A stretch of DNA of 64,000 nucleotides from assembly GCA_903842505.1 (NCBI GenBank), contig CAIMMI010000304.1, forward strand, positions 6,916 through 70,915, in the 5' to 3' direction. This DNA is from an uncultured Verrucomicrobiota bacterium. Its GTDB lineage: Bacteria; Verrucomicrobiota; Verrucomicrobiia; Limisphaerales; UBA9464. Position numbers and translations under genes: made by a program. Positions 28,061-36,952 of this stretch are shown one piece after another. Each line of letters begins with the position of its first letter. Within the stretch, counting starts at the first letter, position 1. The notes below the pieces were generated by a model that worked only from the letters and a program-made list of their open reading frames with translations, had not been told where the DNA came from and did no database searches.

Positions 28061-28156
28061 GCTGGGACTAGTGTCGGAATGCGCCAGGAACGATTGGATG
28101 CGGGTTCGACGGTTGCCTCGCGGCCGCGGTTTCGTCAGTTTGCACGAACTATTCCC

Positions 28157-29038
28157 ATGAAGTTCCTGCGCGTCCCAGGGGCGATCATCGCCATGTCGAT
28201 CTCCATACTCGCCCAGAATGAGCCGGTCCTTCCATTGTGGCCAGCGGGCGCGGTTTCAGGTGCCCGGGGTGATGGCACCAACGACGTTCCGACGCTGACC
28301 GCTTACCTGCCGCAGGCGGACCAGCGGACCGGTGCCGCGATGGTCATCTGTCCCGGTGGGGGCTATGGCGGCCTGGCCCAACATGAGGGACGAGACTACG
28401 CGCTCTACCTGAACCGCGAGGGCATCTCGTGCTTCGTGCTCAAGTACCGTCTCGGTTCACACGGCTATCGGCATCCGATCATGTTGGGCGACGCGGCGCG
28501 GGCAGTCCGGTTGGTCCGGGCGCGGGCGGGGGATTGGGGTGTGGATCCGGGCCGAGTGGGGATCATGGGAAGCAGCGCGGGCGGTCACCTCGCTTCCACG
28601 TTGATCACGCATTTTGATTCCGGCCTGCCGGATGCAGCGGATCCGATCGACCGACAGAGTTCGAGGCCGTCGGTGGGCGTCCTGTGCTATCCGGTCATCT
28701 CGCTTGGCAAGTTCACGCATCAGGGTTCGAAGAACAACCTGCTGGGAGCCGAACCCGCGCCGGAACTGGTTGAAGACCTGTCGAACGAGAAGCGGGTGCG
28801 CAAGGATGGTCCACCGGTCTTCCTCTGGCACACGGTCGAGGACAAGGCGGTGCCGGTTGAGAACTCATTGCTGTTCGCGCAGGCGCTCCGGGATGCAGGA
28901 GTTCCGTTTGACCTTCATCTCTACGAAAAGGGGCGGCACGGAATCGGGTTGATGGCGAAACCGCCCCAGTTCGAGAATCCGCATCCCTGGGCTGCGGATC
29001 TTGTGTTCTGGCTTCGGGCGAACCGGTTTGGTCGTTGA
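28157..29038 (+). CDS. secreted alpha/beta hydrolase (esterase/lipase, acetyl-esterase-like)
   Basis: Signal peptide MKFLRVPGAIIAMSISILA. Oxyanion-type motif VICPGGGYGG, nucleophile elbow GSSAGGH, and a late HLYEKGRHG. The 513-aa track ORF is an upstream extension across the intergenic repeat. Confidence 0.7.
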   Translation: MKFLRVPGAIIAMSISILAQNEPVLPLWPAGAVSGARGDGTNDVPTLTAYLPQADQRTGAAMVICPGGGYGGLAQHEGRDYALYLNREGISCFVLKYRLGSHGYRHPIMLGDAARAVRLVRARAGDWGVDPGRVGIMGSSAGGHLASTLITHFDSGLPDAADPIDRQSSRPSVGVLCYPVISLGKFTHQGSKNNLLGAEPAPELVEDLSNEKRVRKDGPPVFLWHTVEDKAVPVENSLLFAQALRDAGVPFDLHLYEKGRHGIGLMAKPPQFENPHPWAADLVFWLRANRFGR

Positions 29039-29148
29039 TCGCCTGCGGTCAGCCGGAGACTTGGCTGACGAGTCGGCAGGGGGGCTTCGGAGCGGCTTCG
29101 GTTCAGGACGATCCTTGCCGACCGCACGCCTTTCTGGAGGGTACCCCG

Positions 29149-30114
29149 GTGTTGTCGAAATCCGAGACGCAGGAGGGGCGGGCCCGATCAGGGGTTGTGG
29201 CCGCGGCGGCCTGCTACCTGATGTGGGGATTGGTGCCGCTTTACTGGAAGCAGTTGAAGGCCGTGAATTCGGTCGAGTTGATCGCCCATCGCCACCTGTG
29301 GTCGATGGTCATCCTGCTCCTGCTGCTCGGGCGCTGGGGCGGTTGGCATGAAATCCGTGCGGCCTTGGGGACGTGGGCGGGGTTGGGGCGGGTGATGTTG
29401 GGGGCGTGCCTCCTGACGGCGAACTGGTTGGTCTACGTTTGGGGCGTCAACACCGGCCACATCATCGAGACCAGCCTGGGGTACTTCCTCGTCCCACTGG
29501 TCAGTGTCCTCGCCGGTCGGTTCCTGTTGGGGGAGCACCTCCGCCGGTTGCAATGGATTGCCGTCGGGTTGGCGGCGATCGGGGTGGCGATCCTCATGAG
29601 GCAGGCAACCCGGATTCCCTGGATCGCCCTGATGCTCGCGGCGACCTGGGGTTGCTACAGCATCCTCCGGAAACGATCGAAGCTGGGGGCGGTACCTGGT
29701 CTGGCGGTGGAGACTTTGCTGCTGTCGCCATTGGCCGTCGGCTACCTCGCATGGAGGCACCAAGAGGGAACGGGCGTGATGGGCCGGGTGGATGCGACCA
29801 CCCATCTTCTGGTCCTGAGTTCGGGCTTGGTGACGGCCGTGCCCTTGCTGCTGTTCGCCCACGCTGCGCCGCGGATCCGGTTGTCGACGCTGGGACTGCT
29901 GCAATACATCGCCCCGACCGCCCAATTGATGCTCGGTGTCTGGGTCTACCAAGAGTCCTTCTCCATGGCGCGTCTCGGGAGCTTCGGGCTGATCTGGTGC
30001 GGGTTGGCCCTCTACACGTTGGACAATCTTTCCGCGCACCGCCGTTCGGCGGCACGCGGTCCCGCCGAGGTCAAGGTCGAGCCGGGGTCCGAAGTTCGTC
30101 CAGGGCGCGAATGA
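29149..30114 (+). CDS. rarD: EamA/RarD-family transporter
   Basis: AACYLMWGLVPLYWKQLKAVNSVELIAHRHLWS matches the RarD N-terminus, and there are about 10 hydrophobic helices. GTG start proposed at 29149. Confidence 0.8.
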   Translation: MLSKSETQEGRARSGVVAAAACYLMWGLVPLYWKQLKAVNSVELIAHRHLWSMVILLLLLGRWGGWHEIRAALGTWAGLGRVMLGACLLTANWLVYVWGVNTGHIIETSLGYFLVPLVSVLAGRFLLGEHLRRLQWIAVGLAAIGVAILMRQATRIPWIALMLAATWGCYSILRKRSKLGAVPGLAVETLLLSPLAVGYLAWRHQEGTGVMGRVDATTHLLVLSSGLVTAVPLLLFAHAAPRIRLSTLGLLQYIAPTAQLMLGVWVYQESFSMARLGSFGLIWCGLALYTLDNLSAHRRSAARGPAEVKVEPGSEVRPGRE

Positions 30115-32935
30115 CCGCTTCGTCATCGTACTTGAGGCTCCGGGCCTTGTTCAGGTCGGCCCGGGCGCTGGCCACGTTGCCAAGGGCGGCGTAGGCGAGA
30201 CCTCGGTAGTAGTAAACGGATCCGCTGGGAGCCTTCGAGACGGCAACGGTCAGCGACTCGACGGCCTCGGCGTGGCGCTTCAGACGGTATTGGGTGCGGC
30301 CGACCCGGAAGGGAACGTCCTCATCCGTGGGGTCCACGGCGAGTTCGGCCTGGTACTCGGTCAACGCCGCCTCGTACTTGCCGAGCCGCTCGTAGCAGGA
30401 ACCGATGTTGAAGTGGGAATTGTTGCGCTTCGGGTTTCGGACGAGTGCCTTTGAAAACTGCTCGATGGCCTCCGCGTACAGGCCGGCGCGGAGGAGTTCC
30501 ATGCCGGCGTCGTGAAAGGTATCGGCATTGTTCGCGAACGATGCGCGCGAGGCCAGATAGCCTGCCTTGGCCGCCTTGAATTTCCCGTCGAAGTCGGGGA
30601 CGGATTCGGCGACGACTTCCCGCCACCGACGGGCGATCGAGGATCCGTGGAGGACGTCGTGATAGACGGTGAAGTCCACCGGGTCGAACTTCATGACGGC
30701 AGACAATGCCTCCTGCACGTCGCCAAGATTGAGGTGGGCCTGGATGCGGCGCTTGAAATCTTCGATGCCGCGCTTCCGGAGCCGGGCGCATTCAAATTCC
30801 AGGGCGGGGAAATCAAGGGTGTTCACCGGGGCATCGATGCCCTCGACGGTGTCATAGGCCCGGGTCGACAGCAGTCCGTAGGGCATCCAGTCCGTCCGGA
30901 GACCGTTCTGCTTCCAGAGGAAGTCGGTCAGTTGCGGGTTCTCGGCGACTTTCCGCGCGTTGTGGGCCCGTAGGGGTTTCTGGGAACACAGCACCAGGTA
31001 GTAGGTCGACTGGATGCAACCCAGCGAACACTCCGGGAACACCTGCTGCAGGGATTTCAGGATGATGTTCAGGCCCTTGTCCCCCACGCGCGAATCCACC
31101 CAGGTCATGTAGACGCCGTCGTCCGTCATGCGCGCTCGGACGGCTTCGAAGAAGTCCTTCGTGTAGAGCTTGGACGAGCTGAAGTAGAGCGGGGTGGTCA
31201 CCGTGTTGACCACGAGGGAATACTTCTCGGTCGAGGACTTGGTGTAGTGGATGGCGTCGTCGACGTGGATCGTGAGCTTGGGGCGGAATGACTCGATGTC
31301 GAAGTTCCACTCCTTCATCCGGAAAAGGTTCTGGACCACGATCGGGTTGATCTCCACGGCGTCGATCTTGTCGAAGAGCAGGCACACCGATCCGCCCGTG
31401 GCACCGGAACCCAGGCCCAGCACGAGCGCCTTGTCCGTCCGCGGGGCGTAGAGCGAGGCGTACGCTCCGACCAACTTCTCGTACGGGGCGTTGAGTCGGA
31501 AGCTGATGAAGCCATTGATGAAGAAGTAGGCGTTCCCGCCGTTGCGGTTGATCGAGAAGGTGTCCTGGTAGCCCTTGAAGCGCTCGGGCGAATTCATCCT
31601 GCCGAGGGAGGTCTTGAGGTCCTCGGGCGAATGGAAGGCCGTATGCCCGGCGTAGAGCAGGTCTTCGTTCCACTGCGCACGATGCAGGATCAGGAGCGCG
31701 GCTGCTGCTCCGGCCGAGGCCATCCACGACGATCCGCGGAAACGGTGGAACACGAGGATCGACGCGATCACCAGCAGGCCAACGAGGACGACGAGGGCGC
31801 CGTAGTCCAGCAAGCGGTGCAGGCCAAAGGCCATCAGGACGAAGCCCAGCGCATTGGCGATCGAGGAGATGAAGAGCAGATGGCCGGATTCGCGGGCGAC
31901 GTTCTTCTGGTCCTGAAGCAGCGCAGGGATGGTCGCGCCGAACGTGATCGCCGGGATCGCCATGGAACCAACGATGAGGGCGAGCTTGAGCAGGACTGAC
32001 GAGAGGTAGTCCTCGACGGCCGTTGCGTAGTTCGACGTGTAGAGGCGCGCCATCCAGCCGAAGCAGGCGAGGAGCCAGGCGATTCCGGCGGCGTTGATCA
32101 GGAGCAGGTTTGGGAACGAGATCCGGAATCGTCCGGCGAGGGCTGAACCTACCGCAATCCCGAGGAAGACGACCGACAACACCAGCGCGAACGTTTCCCG
32201 GAAGGGACCGAGGACGCACTCCGCCAGCTTGACCATCAGGAGTTGGAAGATCGCCGACGCCACGCTCACGATGCCGAGGGCCACGACGTGCTCGCGTGGG
32301 AACACAGCGCGTTCGGTGGCAGCCGGGACTTGTGATCGGACGGCGTCAAATCCCAGTCGGAGGGCGACAGCGACGGCGAAGTTGAGGCCGGCAATGGCCA
32401 GCATGGTACCCCGGATCCCCAGGACTCGGAGGAGCCAGTATTCAATGAGCAGGGCCGTGATGGCGGCGCCGAAATTGTAGATCGTGTAAGCCCGCGAAAA
32501 GATCCGACCCGAACTCACCCGACTGAAGTAGCCGGCGAAGAGCGGGAGGCTGCACCCGATGAGGAACGAGGGGATGCTGAGGAGCAGCAGGCACAGGAAG
32601 ACGTTGGCCACCATTCCGTGGCCGAACCACCCGCCCGCCACGTAGAGCAGCGCGTCCAGGGGTCGCGTTCCGAGCGCGAACACCACCCCGAAGGCACCGA
32701 TACCCGCCTCGATCGCCCAGAGGTGCTTCCAGAGGCGGTGGGCGTGCAGGGTTCCAAAGCCGATTCCGAGCAGGAACGTCAGCAGCACCGCGGAACTGAC
32801 CGCGAATTGGTCGCCGATCAGGTTGCCGAGCGCGCGGCCATACAGGATCTCGTACGAGATGCCGCAAAAACCGGAGGCCAGCAGGAGGGGGACGAAGCCG
32901 ATGTCCCGTCGGGAGGGTTTGCTTGTGTTTGGCAT
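30071..32935 (-). CDS. fused polytopic membrane / spermidine-synthase-like protein with C-terminal TPR repeats
   Basis: The N-terminal roughly 450 aa are highly hydrophobic. The central region has a methyltransferase-type fold, ALVLGLGSGATGGSV...IDAVEINPIV...HVDDA. The C-terminal TPR-like repeats include GLYAEAIEQFSKALVRNPK and GKYEAALTEYQAELAVDP. Start taken at ATG 32935. Confidence 0.65.
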   Translation of the reverse strand: MPNTSKPSRRDIGFVPLLLASGFCGISYEILYGRALGNLIGDQFAVSSAVLLTFLLGIGFGTLHAHRLWKHLWAIEAGIGAFGVVFALGTRPLDALLYVAGGWFGHGMVANVFLCLLLLSIPSFLIGCSLPLFAGYFSRVSSGRIFSRAYTIYNFGAAITALLIEYWLLRVLGIRGTMLAIAGLNFAVAVALRLGFDAVRSQVPAATERAVFPREHVVALGIVSVASAIFQLLMVKLAECVLGPFRETFALVLSVVFLGIAVGSALAGRFRISFPNLLLINAAGIAWLLACFGWMARLYTSNYATAVEDYLSSVLLKLALIVGSMAIPAITFGATIPALLQDQKNVARESGHLLFISSIANALGFVLMAFGLHRLLDYGALVVLVGLLVIASILVFHRFRGSSWMASAGAAAALLILHRAQWNEDLLYAGHTAFHSPEDLKTSLGRMNSPERFKGYQDTFSINRNGGNAYFFINGFISFRLNAPYEKLVGAYASLYAPRTDKALVLGLGSGATGGSVCLLFDKIDAVEINPIVVQNLFRMKEWNFDIESFRPKLTIHVDDAIHYTKSSTEKYSLVVNTVTTPLYFSSSKLYTKDFFEAVRARMTDDGVYMTWVDSRVGDKGLNIILKSLQQVFPECSLGCIQSTYYLVLCSQKPLRAHNARKVAENPQLTDFLWKQNGLRTDWMPYGLLSTRAYDTVEGIDAPVNTLDFPALEFECARLRKRGIEDFKRRIQAHLNLGDVQEALSAVMKFDPVDFTVYHDVLHGSSIARRWREVVAESVPDFDGKFKAAKAGYLASRASFANNADTFHDAGMELLRAGLYAEAIEQFSKALVRNPKRNNSHFNIGSCYERLGKYEAALTEYQAELAVDPTDEDVPFRVGRTQYRLKRHAEAVESLTVAVSKAPSGSVYYYRGLAYAALGNVASARADLNKARSLKYDDEAVIRALDELRTPARP

Positions 32936-32950
32936 GGCGGTGGTTTCCCA

Positions 32951-33081
32951 GAGGGGCGCGGCGAATGTCCTCACGAGCCGATCAGGAGTCCCAAGTTTCA
33001 AGATTCAAGCCCGGCGGCCGGTTCAAACTTGAAACTGAAAACTTCAAACTCCGGGGCGGCTCGACGGACTCTTGCCCCACC
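32951..33081 (+). repeat. copy B of the roughly 130-bp structured intergenic repeat
   Basis: See copy A. It lies between the divergent starts of the membrane/spermidine-synthase-like gene (32935) and mdh (33226). Confidence 0.75.
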
Positions 33082-33225
33082 ATTTTCGCGGACAGGATCA
33101 ACATGCGCCCGGATCGTGGTGAATTTCAAGGTGGTCCTTGTCTTGGCTGCCGGTGCCAGTAGGGTTCCGGGCTTTCCGATTGTCGCTGAGATTGAAATTC
33201 TGGAACCGAATTGCTCACTACTGAG

Positions 33226-34212
33226 ATGAACGCTCCCATTCGAGTCGCGGTGACTGGCGCTGCCGGTCAGATTGGATACTCGCTGCTGTTCCGCATCGCC
33301 TCCGGCGCGATGTTTGGCCCCGATCAACCGGTCATCCTCCATCTGATCGAGATCGAGCCCGCCTTGAAGGTGCTCAACGGTGTCGTGATGGAATTGGATG
33401 ATTGCGCATTCCCGCTTCTGGCCGGTGTGGTTCCGACCGCATCCCTCGACGAGGGCTTCCGGGGAGTCCACTGGGCGCTGCTGGTGGGTTCGGTGCCGCG
33501 CAAACAGGGCATGGAGCGGAAGGATCTGCTCGGCATCAACGGCAAGATCTTCACCGGTCAAGGGCAGGCCATCCAACGGAATGCCGCCTCCGATGTGCGC
33601 ACGCTGGTGGTCGGAAATCCGTGCAATACGAACTGCCTGATCGCGATGAATTCGGCGCCGGAAGTACCCAGGGACCGCTGGTTCGCGATGACGATGCTGG
33701 ACCAGAACCGCGCCAAGACGCAGTTGGCCCAGAAGGCGGGCGTGCCGGTTTCCCAGGTCTCGAACATCGCCATCTGGGGCAACCACAGTTCGACGATGTA
33801 TCCGGACTTCGCCAATGCCCGCATCGGAGGTCGGCCCGCTCCGCTCGTGATCGAGGACGATGCCTGGTTCGCGGACAAGTTCATCCCGACGGTGCAGAAG
33901 CGGGGCGCGGCCATCATCGAGGCCCGCGGGCTCAGTTCTGCCGCGTCTGCTGCGAACGCGGTGGTGGACACCGTCCGGGCCCTGAGCACGCCGACGCATC
34001 CGGACGACTGCTTCTCCGTGGCGGTTTGTTCGGACGGATCCTACGGGATCGAGAAGGGGTTGATGTTCAGCTTCCCGACCCGGAGCAACGGTCGGACCTG
34101 GGAGACGATCCAGGGGGTTCAGTTGAGCGACTTCTCCAAATCCCGCATCGCTGCCACCGAGGCTGAACTGAAGGAGGAGAAGGCCCTCGTGGCCGACCTG
34201 CTTCCCCACTGA
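33226..34212 (+). CDS. mdh: malate dehydrogenase (NAD-dependent, LDH-like type 2)
   Basis: [24 protein letters not shown]-terminus and full-length MDH-like sequence. Confidence 0.9.
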   Translation: MNAPIRVAVTGAAGQIGYSLLFRIASGAMFGPDQPVILHLIEIEPALKVLNGVVMELDDCAFPLLAGVVPTASLDEGFRGVHWALLVGSVPRKQGMERKDLLGINGKIFTGQGQAIQRNAASDVRTLVVGNPCNTNCLIAMNSAPEVPRDRWFAMTMLDQNRAKTQLAQKAGVPVSQVSNIAIWGNHSSTMYPDFANARIGGRPAPLVIEDDAWFADKFIPTVQKRGAAIIEARGLSSAASAANAVVDTVRALSTPTHPDDCFSVAVCSDGSYGIEKGLMFSFPTRSNGRTWETIQGVQLSDFSKSRIAATEAELKEEKALVADLLPH

Positions 34213-34235
34213 CCGGTCGGACGGTTGGTAATCCG

Positions 34236-34253
34236 GGCGGGGAGGACCCCGCC
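34236..34253. terminator. short GC hairpin between convergent mdh and holA
   Basis: GGCGGGG-AGGA-CCCCGCC, a 7-bp stem with no clear U-tract. Confidence 0.35.
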
Positions 34254-34263
34254 TTCCGCGCCG

Positions 34264-35451
34264 TCAACGGCGCTGGGGGCGGGCGACGCCAATGCCGACG
34301 ATCTCGACGAGCACCTGTTGAAGGACCCGGGCTTCGTCGGCATCACTGCTGACCAGCTTTCGGTTGGCTTCCAGGAGAAGTTCCATCGCGCGGACGAGTT
34401 CGGCGGACTGGAAATTCTCGGCCTGACGGGCGGCCTGAAACAGGACGAACGGGTGAACGGAGAGGGGATTGTACCGCTTGTCCGCGGGCATCTGATCCGC
34501 GGGAATCCGGTCCAGTTGTGCCTTGAATGAGTTGTACTGGTTGGCGGGCTTCAGGTAGCCGGCTGACATCAGTTCCCGGATGAGGATGAGGTTCCGGACC
34601 TTCGAGATCAGCCCGTAGAGCAGCCCGATCTCGGACTTCTTCTTGTCCGCCCCGGTCCGGATTTCCCAGAGTTCTTCGTCGAGCGTGCGGAGGACCTTGC
34701 CGAGGTTCCTGTCCCCCAGAGCCTCGGATAGCGCGAAGGCCTGGGCGGTCTTTTGCCGGGCTGTCACCGCTTCCACGTCCCCCCGCGTGATCGCTTTCCT
34801 CCCCGCTGTGTAGAGGATCAGCTTCTCACACTCCTGCGCCAGCAGTCGCAGATTCGGGCCCGTGCGCGTCACGAGTTCTCCCAACGCCTCGTCGTCGATG
34901 CTCCGGCCTCCCGCCTGGAAGGCTCGAGTTGCCTCGGACTCCGCCTTGATTCCCCAGTCCTTGTCATCGGCGCTCAGTGCCGCGAACGATTCGACGAGGC
35001 CCAGTTTCTCGATCGTCTTGAACAGGGTGCGACGCTTGTCGGCCTTCGAGGCCGCGATCAGCAATCTCACACCCTCCCACCGGAACGCCTTGAGTTCGTC
35101 GGCGAAGTCTCCCAGGGCCTCCGTCACCGCGCTGGATCCGCTGGTCCGGTCATCGCCGAGAAAGGTGCAGTTCTGCAGCCAGACCAGCTTCGGGCCTCCG
35201 AAGAACGGAAGCGTCTGGAGGGCCTCGCGAACCCTGCCCAGCGCCGCCAGGGCATCGCTGGAATTCAAGGCTGTCCCGTCCAGCACCTCGTGGTCCATGC
35301 CGCCAGCGGCCTTGCGCCAGGCTTCCCACACCTGCTTGGCCCGCTGCTGGATCCCGAAGTCATCGTCTCCCGTCAGGAGAAGGATGGGCGTCGTATCCAC
35401 CGAATGCGCCGTGGCGCTCGCTGCAGAGCCGCTGGGAGAAGATCTGGCCAT
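34264..35451 (-). CDS. holA: DNA polymerase III subunit delta
   Basis: ILLLTGDDDFGIQQRAK opening, the LPFFGGPKLVWLQN motif, and length and helical C-terminus consistent with HolA. Confidence 0.65.
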   Translation of the reverse strand: MARSSPSGSAASATAHSVDTTPILLLTGDDDFGIQQRAKQVWEAWRKAAGGMDHEVLDGTALNSSDALAALGRVREALQTLPFFGGPKLVWLQNCTFLGDDRTSGSSAVTEALGDFADELKAFRWEGVRLLIAASKADKRRTLFKTIEKLGLVESFAALSADDKDWGIKAESEATRAFQAGGRSIDDEALGELVTRTGPNLRLLAQECEKLILYTAGRKAITRGDVEAVTARQKTAQAFALSEALGDRNLGKVLRTLDEELWEIRTGADKKKSEIGLLYGLISKVRNLILIRELMSAGYLKPANQYNSFKAQLDRIPADQMPADKRYNPLSVHPFVLFQAARQAENFQSAELVRAMELLLEANRKLVSSDADEARVLQQVLVEIVGIGVARPQRR

Positions 35452-35458
35452 GCTCGGG

Positions 35459-35950
35459 TCAGGTTGGCTCCGTGCCGGAATCTTCCGAGTCGTCGTCGTC
35501 GCCGTCTTTCTCCCGCTGCTCGTTCAGCCTTGCCAGGACCTCCGTCATGTCTTCCACCTCGTCGAAAAGCCTTCTCGCGACGTAGACGGGGCGCCGGGAG
35601 GCAGCGGCTATGGCGAGGCAATCCGACGGCCGGGCATCCAGTTCCACCAGCTTCTGCCCGAGTTCGTTCTCCTGTTTCAGGATCAGGCGCGCGAAGTAGG
35701 TCGAGTTGCGCAACTCGGTAATGACGACCCGCTCCACCGCGATGCCGAACCCCTGGAACACATGCCCAATCAGGTCATGGGTGAGTGGGCGATCCTTCGG
35801 GGTGCCGCGAAGCGCCATTCCAATGACGGCGCCCATGTTGTGCTCGACCTGGATGACGAAAACCTTCTCGTCGTTCCCCACGAAGAGCGCAACCCCGCTG
35901 TTTGCGGGAAGGATGCCCCGGATCTGGACCGGCACGACCTCCTGTTTCAT
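35459..35950 (-). CDS. bifunctional nuclease family protein (DUF151/BFN)
   Basis: VVPVQIRGILPANSGVALFVGNDEKVFVIQVEHNMGAVIGMAL...RPLTHDLIGHVF...VVITELRNSTYFARL matches the BFN domain. Start taken at ATG 35950. Confidence 0.75.
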   Translation of the reverse strand: MKQEVVPVQIRGILPANSGVALFVGNDEKVFVIQVEHNMGAVIGMALRGTPKDRPLTHDLIGHVFQGFGIAVERVVITELRNSTYFARLILKQENELGQKLVELDARPSDCLAIAAASRRPVYVARRLFDEVEDMTEVLARLNEQREKDGDDDDSEDSGTEPT

Positions 35951-36175
35951 CGGGCGAGGTTGGAACCGGTGGGCGTGCCGGGCAAGCCTGCACCTCGCGG
36001 TTTCTCCTGCGCCCGCCACGGCCGCCGTCGGTTGGTCGACCGTTTTGGATGCCCACAGGATGGACGCCGGACGAACTCCATGGCGCAATCACCCCGGAAT
36101 GAACGGGGAACCAGACGGCAACAGGGTGGGTCCAGATTCGGGAGGAGGCGAGTGAAGCTTCCCGAGGCCGGGGAC

Positions 36176-36664
36176 ATGCATCGTCTGCGCGCGGCACAGG
36201 GTTGGATCGAGCTGGGGCTTCCCGGTGAGGCAACGCTGGAACTCGACCAGCTCACCTCCGAAGGAAAGTCGCATGCGATGACCCTGGAACTCCGATGGGC
36301 GATCGAAGCGGCGGCAGAAGCCTGGGACCGCGCCCTGGAGCAGGCTGAGCGTCAGGTGGCAACGAACCCGACCCTGGTCAGCGGATGGATCCACCGCGCG
36401 TACTCACTCCGACGCGTCCCGGGGCGGGGATTGGAGGCAGCCCTCGCGGCGCTGCTGCCGGCCGCCACCCTGTTCCCGGAGGAGTCCATGGTGGCCTACA
36501 ACCTCGCCTGCTATCTGGTGCAGTTGGATCGCGTGGAGGAAGGGTGGCGGTGGTATCTGGAAGCCCAGGCTCGAGGGGACGCTCCGACGGTCCGCAAGCT
36601 GGCGCTGGCGGATCCGGATCTTCAGCCGATCTGGCCCCGGATCTCAGCCGAGGCGGGGCGTTGA
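36176..36664 (+). CDS. small TPR-like helical protein (hypothetical)
   Basis: This is the C-terminal 162 aa of the 600-aa track ORF. Only this part lies outside holA/BFN antisense sequence. It is helical-repeat-like (WIHRAYSLRR, YNLACYLVQLDRVEEGWRWYLEA). Confidence 0.45.
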   Translation: MHRLRAAQGWIELGLPGEATLELDQLTSEGKSHAMTLELRWAIEAAAEAWDRALEQAERQVATNPTLVSGWIHRAYSLRRVPGRGLEAALAALLPAATLFPEESMVAYNLACYLVQLDRVEEGWRWYLEAQARGDAPTVRKLALADPDLQPIWPRISAEAGR

Positions 36665-36952
36665 TCTTCGGGGGCGGCGCCGGGATGGCCTTTCGGCGGG
36701 GTAGGGAAGCTGGGATCCGGCGCGCTATTCCATGGTTGGCTGGACCGGGACGCTTGACTTAACAGGGTCACCATGACACTCCGATTAAAGTGTCGCGCCG
36801 ATTCGGGCATCTGAGAATCCTTGGCACCATCGGCACCTCGATGGTCCGGGTGATCTGAGTTCCCTGACTCTACCCCGGCCATTTGACCGATCATCGTGCG
36901 AGACAACATTATTGCCATTAACCCGAAAGCATCGTCAGCAAAGTCAAGTATC

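Noticed and set aside
27497-28156. N-terminal 220-aa extension of the esterase ORF
   Set aside because: It runs antisense through the dehydrogenase gene start and across the 130-bp repeat. A proper signal peptide begins at ATG 28157.
27929-33081. Reading the inverted 130-bp repeats as the ends of a composite transposon or genomic islet
   Set aside because: There is no transposase, integrase or target-site duplication visible. The enclosed genes look chromosomal. Each repeat is better explained by its conserved position and orientation 5-prime of a dehydrogenase gene. The mobile-element possibility is kept only as a minor alternative in the finding.
34862-36175. First 438 aa of the 600-aa plus-strand ORF
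   Set aside because: It is antisense to holA and the bifunctional nuclease gene. Only the last 162 aa, outside those genes, look like a real helical-repeat protein.
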